Assembly: GCA_019136685.1 (NCBI GenBank)
Contig: JAGVTS010000199.1
Location: forward strand, 1-63,118
Direction of reading: 5' to 3'
DNA length: 63,118 bases
Origin: Bacillota bacterium
Lineage (GTDB): Bacteria; Bacillota; DTU025
Shown one piece after another: positions 56,201 to 63,118 of the stretch. The translations under genes and the position numbers were made by a program. Positions within the stretch are counted from its first letter, which is position 1. The number at the start of each line of letters is the position of its first letter. The notes below the pieces were generated by a model, which was given only the letters and a program-made list of their open reading frames with translations, was not told where the DNA came from and did not search any database.

Positions 56201-57287
56201 GCAGACGTCCTCCTTTTGGAATCGACGCAAAGAGCCTGAACCCGCCCTGGCGTTCGATCAAGAGCTGCCCGCCCAGCGCGCCGACGCGGTCGGTCATGCT
56301 GCGCAGGCCCAGGCCGCCCAAGGGCTCGCCTGCGGTTTCGGAGCCATTGTCCTCCAGGATGAGCTGGTAAAGCGCCGGGTGCTCTACAAACCTCAAGGCT
56401 ACCTGGGTTGCATTGGAATGACGGATGATGTTGCTCAACCCTTCTTTGGCTATGGCGATGAAGCAGTATGCGACTTCCTTCTCAGGCTGGCTCTCCAACC
56501 TGTAGTCAAGGCGGATCGGGCAGAATGTGAAGCCATGCGTCAAAGCTTCGATCTGGGTTCTCAAGTCAATGGACTCATCGTGCAAATCGTGGACACTGGC
56601 CCGGATGGTGTTCATGGCCTGCGACAGAGTATCCCGAACCACCGACAGGCTATGCCGTAGCTCGGCGTCTGCGACAGTGTCGGAACTGCGCTGGGCCGCC
56701 ATAATCGCCCCGACTTGCAGTATCGACCGCGACAGCAGGTGCCCAACATGGTCGTGGATCTCGCGGGCGATTCGACTGCGCTCGCCCAGCATCGCCAATC
56801 GTATCTCATAGTCCTGCTTCTCTATCAGCTCCCTGTTCTTCTGCCTGAGCATTATGGTCAGCTCGTAGCTGCTGTCGCGCAGTTGCCTAAGTTCCGTCTG
56901 GCTGCGTTCCAGCGTAACCTGGCGATGCTTCAGCACATAAGCCGCCGCCATCAATACTGCCACAATCAGTGATGTATTCGCAGGAAGACTCGTGAAGCAT
57001 GCCGCCAAGGCCGCCAGAGCGGTCAACGACCACCAGGCCTGCTTGAGTCCGAATGCATCGTAGTAGACCAGCGGAAGGAAGAAGCAGAAGCTGGGCCACA
57101 CCGCGCTTGCCCCGGTATAGGCTGCAATGCTCGCCAGGCAAAACGTGTGCGACGGCAAGTAGCCGTTAAGCCCGCTGATTGTTATTGCAGCCAGCATCGC
57201 TATGACGACCGTCGCGTCGCCCGCCTTTTGTGGCAGCAGGGCGGCGCAGCACGCCCACATGAGGACTCTATCGACAATCGCGTTCAT
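56175..57287 (-). CDS. sensor histidine kinase, HisKA_3 (NarX/DesK/LiaS-like) type
   Basis: ORF track 56175..57398, trimmed to ATG 57287, which follows AAAGGAG. Has N-terminal TM segments, H-box REIHDHVGHLLS and an HATPase_c domain. It overlaps the regulator gene by 26 nt. Confidence 0.9.
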   Translation of the reverse strand: MNAIVDRVLMWACCAALLPQKAGDATVVIAMLAAITISGLNGYLPSHTFCLASIAAYTGASAVWPSFCFFLPLVYYDAFGLKQAWWSLTALAALAACFTSLPANTSLIVAVLMAAAYVLKHRQVTLERSQTELRQLRDSSYELTIMLRQKNRELIEKQDYEIRLAMLGERSRIAREIHDHVGHLLSRSILQVGAIMAAQRSSDTVADAELRHSLSVVRDTLSQAMNTIRASVHDLHDESIDLRTQIEALTHGFTFCPIRLDYRLESQPEKEVAYCFIAIAKEGLSNIIRHSNATQVALRFVEHPALYQLILEDNGSETAGEPLGGLGLRSMTDRVGALGGQLLIERQGGFRLFASIPKGGRLHESSDHRR

Positions 57288-57479
57288 AGCTACGTCTCCT
57301 TTGGGATCAAGTCTATCACGCCTGGTTGTGACTGACAATTTGGGACTGACACTGACGGTGGGCAGCCGCGTGGCGGCACATGTAGTGACAACTGTCATCC
57401 ACAGAACTGACCGGATTCACTTACTGCGCCCCGGTGCCGCAGGTAGAATGAAAGCACAACGAGATCGGGAGGAATCGTA

Positions 57480-58412
57480 ATGCTCGTTAGGGTGCAGAAC
57501 CTCGTGAAACGATACGGAAACCTGCTTGCCCTCGACCACTTCAGCATGGAGGTGGGCGAAGGCGAGATCCTTGGCCTTCTGGGCCCCAACGGATCGGGCA
57601 AGACCACCACAATCAATTGCATTCTGTCTCTCCTGGAATACGACAAGGGCGTTATTGAGGTGTTCGGCAAGGCGATGGCGCCAGATGCCTACGAAAGCAA
57701 GCGCAATATAGGCGTCGTGATGCAGAATGTGGCGGTCTTCCAGGAGCTCAGGGTGGACGAAAACATCGATTACTTCTGCGGCATGTATGTAAGCGATGCA
57801 AAAGCCCGCCGCCGGCTAGTCGATAAGGCTATTGACTTCGTGGGCCTGGGCGAGTTCCGGACGTTCTACCCCAAGAAGTTGTCGGGTGGACTACTGCGCC
57901 GGCTCAATATCGCTTGCGGTATAGCCCACGAACCGAAGCTGATTTTCTTGGATGAGCCCACGGTAGCTGTGGATCCCCAGAGCAGGAACAAGATACTGGA
58001 AGGCATCCGCGATCTGAACCGACAGGGCGCGACCGTGGTGTACACCTCGCACTACATGGAAGAGGTGGAACAGCTGTGCACCCGCATTGTGATCATGGAT
58101 AAGGGCAAGACTCTGGCCATGGGCACCAAGGACGAACTTAAGGCGATGATCAATGACGGCGACACCGTCACCGTTGAACTGTACGCTCTTCAGCCCGATC
58201 ACGTGGCCAACATACGGCAATTGCCTCATGTCACTCGCGCGGAGTACGCCGATAATCGTCTGGCCGTCCATTTCGACGGAGGCCAGCACAATCTGCTGAC
58301 TCTACTCGACTATCTGAAATCGCGCGATCTCTCGTTTGGCCGGGTCTTTTCGGAACAGCCGACGCTCAACGACGTGTTCCTGGAGATCACCGGCAGGCAG
58401 CTGAGGGATTAG
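57480..58412 (+). CDS. ABC transporter ATP-binding protein (ABC-2/DrrA-like)
   Basis: Walker A GPNGSGKTT, signature LSGGLLRRL, Walker B IFLDEP. Divergent from the two-component system. Confidence 0.92.
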   Translation: MLVRVQNLVKRYGNLLALDHFSMEVGEGEILGLLGPNGSGKTTTINCILSLLEYDKGVIEVFGKAMAPDAYESKRNIGVVMQNVAVFQELRVDENIDYFCGMYVSDAKARRRLVDKAIDFVGLGEFRTFYPKKLSGGLLRRLNIACGIAHEPKLIFLDEPTVAVDPQSRNKILEGIRDLNRQGATVVYTSHYMEEVEQLCTRIVIMDKGKTLAMGTKDELKAMINDGDTVTVELYALQPDHVANIRQLPHVTRAEYADNRLAVHFDGGQHNLLTLLDYLKSRDLSFGRVFSEQPTLNDVFLEITGRQLRD

Positions 58413-58429
58413 GGGGAGTGTGGGAAGGC

Positions 58430-59572
58430 ATGTTCATGCACATATACAAGTATCGACTGAGATGTCTGGCGCGGGATAGAGAGATGGTCTTCTGGACCTT
58501 GATCTTTCCGCTGATCTTGGCCACTATGTTCCATTTCGCGTTTGACCAGCTTATGGGGAGGCAGGAGGCGTTCAGACCCATCAGAACCGCGGTAGTCGCG
58601 AGCGACGCCTATCGGCAGAATGTTGCCTTCCGACAGGCCCTAGACGCGCTATCTGGGCCGGGAGAGGGCCAGCTGATTGAGCTGACCGTGACCGATGACC
58701 GAGAGGCTCGCCGATTGCTCGCAGACGGCGCCGTGGCGGGCGTCATCACCGTGGGCGATCCCATCGGACTCACAGTCAGTCAATCGGGAATTGAGCAGAG
58801 CATACTGAAAGCCGTTCTCGATGAGTACGCACATAGATACGCAACAGTCACCGGCATCCTCGAGGAGCATCCGGCAGACCCAGGGGGACTCCTTTGGGAG
58901 CTAGGGCAGATGCGGAGCTACACACAACAGATCTCTTTCAGCAGCGCTGAGCCTGACACGACACTCAACTTCTTCTATGCCCTCATTGCTATGACCTGCC
59001 TTTACGGCGGTTTCTTGGGGCTGCGCAACACCACTGACGTGCAGGCAGACTTGTCCCCTCAGGGCGCGCGACGCAGTGTGGCGCCTACTCACAAACTCGG
59101 CGTTGTGCTGTACGACTCAGCGGCAGCGCTCACAATCAGCCTGGCGGAGGTGACGGTCCTGCTGGCGTATTTGATGCTTGCGCTACGCGTGAACTTCGGG
59201 AACCAGGTGTGGTATGTGCTGTTGACATCTCTGGCAGGCTGCATTGCTGGTGTATCGCTCGGCGCCTTTATCGGTACGTTTGTTCGCAAGAGCGAGAATG
59301 CAAAGACCGGAATCCTGATCGGGACGACCATGACTATGAGCTTCTTGGCGGGCTTGATGATTGACACCATGAAGCATACAATCGCACGCAAAGCACCGGT
59401 TCTATCCTACATCAACCCGGCAGCCCTGATCACCGACGCGTTCTACAGCCTGTACGTTTTCGCGAGCCATCGCCGGTTCTTCCTCAATATCGGTCTGTTG
59501 CTCCTGATATCGGGGGCCATGTGCACCCTGAGTTTTCTGCGCCTGAGGAGGGATAGATATGCAAGTCTTTAA
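58430..59572 (+). CDS. ABC-2 type transporter permease
   Basis: ORF track 58418..59572. One N-terminal TM, a large extracytoplasmic loop and C-terminal TM bundle, typical of ABC-2 permeases. The start is uncertain (58418, 58430 or 58436). Confidence 0.8.
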   Translation: MFMHIYKYRLRCLARDREMVFWTLIFPLILATMFHFAFDQLMGRQEAFRPIRTAVVASDAYRQNVAFRQALDALSGPGEGQLIELTVTDDREARRLLADGAVAGVITVGDPIGLTVSQSGIEQSILKAVLDEYAHRYATVTGILEEHPADPGGLLWELGQMRSYTQQISFSSAEPDTTLNFFYALIAMTCLYGGFLGLRNTTDVQADLSPQGARRSVAPTHKLGVVLYDSAAALTISLAEVTVLLAYLMLALRVNFGNQVWYVLLTSLAGCIAGVSLGAFIGTFVRKSENAKTGILIGTTMTMSFLAGLMIDTMKHTIARKAPVLSYINPAALITDAFYSLYVFASHRRFFLNIGLLLLISGAMCTLSFLRLRRDRYASL

Positions 59573-60725
59573 GGCCTACTTCAAGGTGATGCGTGCCTCA
59601 GCGGGGGCGATATCCATCTACATCGCCATTTTCCTGGGGCTGTCGGTGGCGTTCTCCCTCGCAGAGGCGCCTCAGGAAGCTGAGCGCTTCGCCCAGACGA
59701 GGACACCCATCGCCGTGATCAACCGCGACGGAGATGCCTCGCTCGCGCAGGGGCTGGCGGGCTACCTTGCCGACACCAGTAGGGTAGTGCCCTATCCGGA
59801 CGATCCGGAGAAACTCCAGGATGCGCTGTTCTTCCGCGATGTGGAGTACATCGCGATTATCCCGGCCGGTTTCTCTGCCGACTTCCTGTCCGGTCGCGAC
59901 TGCGCCGTCCAGAATGTGACCGTATCGGGTTCCATCAGCAGCCGTTACGTGGATATGCGGATCGACAAGTACCTCAGGACCGCTCGCCTCCGCCATCAGT
60001 ATGGCGGGGACCAGTCACAGGAGGAACTGGCGGCGACCGTCCGGGCCGATCTGGCACAGGAGACCCCGGTCACTGTCCTGTCGTCTTCAGCAACCAACGG
60101 CTCTGAGCGGGGATTCGTCTTCTATTACCGGTATTTCGCATATGCTGTGCTCGCTACTATCATGATGGGCGTGAGCTCGATTATGATGGCATTCAACAAG
60201 CCCGACCTCCGCAGGCGCAACCTGTGCGCTCCGATTCCGGCGCGCAGCGCTAATCTGCAACTGGCCGCCGGCCACACCATATTCGCACTGGTCTGCTGGT
60301 CGGTGTTAGTGCTTTGCAGTTTCGTTCTGTATGGCAGGAGCCTACTATCCTCCGGGCTGGTGTGGCTGTACTGCCTCAATACCCTGGCATTCACCGTCGT
60401 CAGCGCCAGCATAGGATTCCTCGTAGGCAGCTCGGTAAGGAGTACCGGCGCACAGGCCGGGGCGGTGAATGTGATCGCCAACGGCATGTGTTTCATCGGC
60501 GGGGTGTTCGTGCCGCAGTCGATCCTGAGCAAGAAGGTCCTGGATGTCGGACGGTTCTTGCCTGCCTATTGGTACGTGAAGGCTAACGATGCGATTTCGG
60601 GGCTTTCCCGGGCTACTGCCGGCGCCCTGCTGCCGATATACGGCGATGTCCTGATTCAGCTGGCGTTTGCTGCCGCAATCTTCGCGACAACCCTGCTCCT
60701 CACCAAAGAGCGGCAGGCGGAGTAG
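59559..60725 (+). CDS. ABC-2 type transporter permease (second subunit)
   Basis: 388 aa with the same architecture as the preceding gene. RBS GAGGAGGGA. It overlaps the previous gene by 14 nt. Confidence 0.8.
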   Translation: MQVFKAYFKVMRASAGAISIYIAIFLGLSVAFSLAEAPQEAERFAQTRTPIAVINRDGDASLAQGLAGYLADTSRVVPYPDDPEKLQDALFFRDVEYIAIIPAGFSADFLSGRDCAVQNVTVSGSISSRYVDMRIDKYLRTARLRHQYGGDQSQEELAATVRADLAQETPVTVLSSSATNGSERGFVFYYRYFAYAVLATIMMGVSSIMMAFNKPDLRRRNLCAPIPARSANLQLAAGHTIFALVCWSVLVLCSFVLYGRSLLSSGLVWLYCLNTLAFTVVSASIGFLVGSSVRSTGAQAGAVNVIANGMCFIGGVFVPQSILSKKVLDVGRFLPAYWYVKANDAISGLSRATAGALLPIYGDVLIQLAFAAAIFATTLLLTKERQAE

Positions 60726-61323
60726 GAGAGGCGGAGGCTCCGCAATTTCGCATCCCGGACGGAGAACTTCGACCCAGGCTTGCGCGACCGTGAGGATGCT
60801 CTTGACAGGACAAACGAGTACTACCTGTGCATCCAGGCGAGCGCCATCCTGATGTCTACTGCCTCGGGTAATCGTCTGCGTCAGTCGCCGGAAATGCCCG
60901 AAGGTATCATCGCAGATCCGGCTGACTTCCTCGGCGGGTCGCTCATCTGCCAGGCAACTCCCATATCTCCCACATAGCATAATTGACATGAGGTAATGGG
61001 ATACCTTGTCGAGGGCTCCCTCGAGGGAGGTGTTACAGTCCGATGACTGAAGGAACAGGAATGGACCTGTCGATCGTCGCCGGTTCGGGGGCATTCTCGC
61101 CCGAGAATCGCAAGGATTCGGATCTCGACCCTCTGACCATACTGAAGAACGCCGGGAAAAAACGAATAAGGATAGAAGAGTTCATCCGGGAAATCGAGAT
61201 GAAGCACGATGACTTGGGAGGACTTGGCCCAGCAGCTCTTCAGGGAGCAGGGCCTTTCATGCGAGCTTTCACCGTATATCGTCACTCTGGCCTACTTGGG
61301 GAAAGCTTCGGTATGGAGGGAAG

Positions 61324-61903
61324 TTGTTGAGAAGTGAACAAGAGATGATGGACCTGATCCTTGGCGCCCGTATCCGAGACGCATGCGCGCTGCACAGAGG
61401 ACAAGCTCACGATCGTGCTGCTGGACAAGGACGAAAGCCTTCCGGTACTGCCCCCGCCTACCGACGAGGACCACGGGGTAAAGCCGCCGTCCGCCCAAGC
61501 CTACGATGAATGCTGTAACGAGTTCTGGTGGGTCGCCCCCTACGTGGCGAAGGGCCTGTGGAGGTGCGAGATACTCTATGCCAAGTGGCATCTCGATAGC
61601 ATCGCAAGGGAGATGCTCCTTACGATGCTGGAATGGGAGGCCGGCATAAGGACCGACTTCTCGGTGAGCATGGGCAAGTGTAGGAAGTACCTGCAGGCGC
61701 ATCTGCCTGAAGAGAGATGGCAGGCTTTGCTGCTCACATACGCAGACGGTAGCCGCGAGGCCACATGGAATGCGCTGTTCGCAGCGTGCAACCTGTTTCG
61801 CGGGACGGCCAAGTTGGTGGGCGAGCACTTTGGTTACAGTTACTCCGACGAGGACGATCTGCGCGTGAGCGGTTCGGCGGAGCATGTTGCCGAACAGGAG
61901 TGA
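61324..61903 (+). pseudogene. aminoglycoside 6-nucleotidyltransferase (ANT(6)/AadK-like) remnant with internal deletion and frame change
   Basis: The N-terminus LRSEQEMMDLIL (frame of 61324) matches the AadK N-terminus MRSEKEMMDLVL. From about 61395 a different frame (track ORF 61361..61903) encodes the C-terminal half (YDECCNEFWWVAPYVAKGLWRCEILYA...). About 100 codons carrying the nucleotidyltransferase core are absent. Confidence 0.7.
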
Positions 61904-61907
61904 TCGC

Positions 61908-62293
61908 GTGATCCGGTACGTCGACAGTCTTGATGGAATCCGCCTCGACATGCTACATGGCTTCTTCGAGGGCTGGCGCCGCTCGGTATCGCCCGAGGAG
62001 CACCTCGAGCTGCTACGAGGGAGCGACCACGTGGTGCTGGCGGTGGACGACGGCCTGAACGTGGTTTCAGATCTTGACTCTTGAAGCATCGAGATAGTCC
62101 GGACGATTATGACCGGCTGGGCATGGTCGTCCCTGCATATTCGGGAATTACCTTGGGCTGGACGACTAAATGGTCGACCAATGACATGGGCCCCCAACAG
62201 TTGTGGAGTTGGGACGCATGCACTCGGAACAATTGGAAACACGATGGAATCATCCGGAATTATCGTAGTGACATGTTGCCTTTCCCACACTAG
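61908..62293 (+). pseudogene. GNAT-like acetyltransferase remnant (premature stop plus frameshift)
   Basis: GTG 61908 follows AGGAG. IRYVDSLDGIRLDMLHGFFEGW...SDHVVLAVDDG stops at 62082-62084. A GNAT-like C-terminal ...GIIRNYRSD appears in another frame ending at 62293. The assignment is from memory of a GNAT subfamily and is weak. Confidence 0.35.
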
Positions 62294-62351
62294 AATTATA
62301 GATAGCAGATTGGCCAGCTGCAGTAAATAGCACATTGTGGGGGGCGAAACC

Positions 62352-62795
62352 ATGAAAAAGCTTGTCATCGGTATTCTCGCGATGATCATGGTGTTGGCGA
62401 TTGCTGGCGCCGCAAGCGCGCACGACAAATGGGTTGCGATCTCTGACGTAGAGCGCAAGCTCGAGGAGGCCGGGTACAAGTACGTTGGACATGTGGACAT
62501 GCCGTCCGGGAAGGGTCTTCCCACGGTCTTGCTCGCCGGCGGACTGGACGTGGGCGACGAACTGTGCGGGTACGAGGTGACTTTCCTCAGTATTGGCAAT
62601 CAGATATCCGGCGACGAACTAACCGCCAGACTGAAGAAACTGGATATTGAGATTGACAAGGCTCATAAACCCGTCATGTTCGAAGGGATAAATCAGATCA
62701 CGATCACCATCCTCTACATGAAGATCGGCGAGAAGAACATTCCCATAGTGATTGTGCCTACGCCGAGCGGTGACTGGGCCCGGGAGATCAAGTAG
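62352..62795 (+). CDS. hypothetical secreted protein (147 aa)
   Basis: ORF track 62337..62795, trimmed to ATG 62352. Signal peptide MKKLVIGILAMIMVLAIAGAASA. No recognisable domain. Confidence 0.6.
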   Translation: MKKLVIGILAMIMVLAIAGAASAHDKWVAISDVERKLEEAGYKYVGHVDMPSGKGLPTVLLAGGLDVGDELCGYEVTFLSIGNQISGDELTARLKKLDIEIDKAHKPVMFEGINQITITILYMKIGEKNIPIVIVPTPSGDWAREIK

Positions 62796-63118
62796 TCTGG
62801 CGTCGACTCTCTGGACACGTCCTGACTAGGCAGGCCGTTCACTGAGTGTACATACGAGCGGTTAGCTATCTACCATGACTTGCTTGCTGCAGCAGGAATA
62901 AGGCCTGGAGGATCATGACCAATCGGGCATGGTCCTTCAGGCTGTGCTATTAGCTACGGAGCCATAGGAGCAGGTTAGCCTGGTTATCATTGACGCTCGC
63001 GAGCAGTTGAGTCCGGTATAATGCTGTAAAATGGCCTTTGAACTGCGACGATGGGTATGGAAAGGCCATCGATTCTCCGGTAGAATTGGAGTTGGTACCA
63101 ACCAATTATCTACAGGAG

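Noticed and set aside
61043-61330. 95-aa plus-strand ORF with a GGGAGGTG upstream
   Set aside because: It has no recognisable domain. It lies in the decayed low-density region, and the RBS spacing is long (11 nt). There is not enough support to call it a gene.
61292-62599. 435-aa ORF on the minus strand, one of the longest ORFs in this part of the window
   Set aside because: It runs antisense to the recognisable ANT(6)-like and GNAT-like remnants and to the start of the secreted-protein gene. Its composition is Ser/Arg/Pro-rich and low-complexity, with no motif. Long antisense ORFs of this kind are typical of high-GC DNA.
62990-63022. TTGACG ... TATAAT promoter-like pair near the window end
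   Set aside because: The spacer is 21 nt, which is too long for a functional sigma-A promoter. The alternative -35 (TTGAGT) is too close to the -10.

Overview
This 63.1 kb window is chromosomal DNA from a high-GC (roughly 60% by eye) Bacillota-type genome. The evidence for that placement is Spo0A, SigH, the CtsR-McsA-McsB-ClpC operon, RadA-DisA, and a CarD / PIN-TRAM(YacL) / IspDF / CysS / MrnC / RlmB / SigH block that is syntenic with Bacillus and Clostridium.

Other content, in order:
- a complete 9-gene V/A-type ATPase operon whose K ring carries a Na+-binding signature
- hom
- a System-I ccmABCDE heme-handling cluster with a CXXXY-type CcmE
- argS, a membrane-domain/MBL-hydrolase fusion, pyrG, rho, a LysM/M23 peptidase and a radical SAM enzyme
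- a secreted M20 amidohydrolase and L-serine dehydratase
- a secreted two-repeat protein next to lipoprotein ApbE
- a T-box leader (Tyr specifier) in front of a tryptophanase/tyrosine-phenol-lyase-family gene, followed by a tiny wHTH-like ORF and an MFS transporter
- a sugar ABC importer
- a NarL-type two-component system divergent from an ABC-2 exporter

One IS with a frameshifted DDE/rve transposase sits between disA and carD. Decayed ANT(6)-like and GNAT-like genes lie near the 3' end. I recognised no rRNA, tRNA or CRISPR array.

I do not see a clear novel multi-gene defence or mobile system. The most interesting items are the Tyr T-box / beta-eliminating lyase pairing, the stand-alone ccmABCDE with a Cys-type CcmE, an in-frame 18-bp tandem duplication inside the ClpC ALERRFQ motif, the duplicated secreted protein plus ApbE pair, and several unexplained palindromes and repeats. 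All functional interpretations rest on manual motif reading without database searches.
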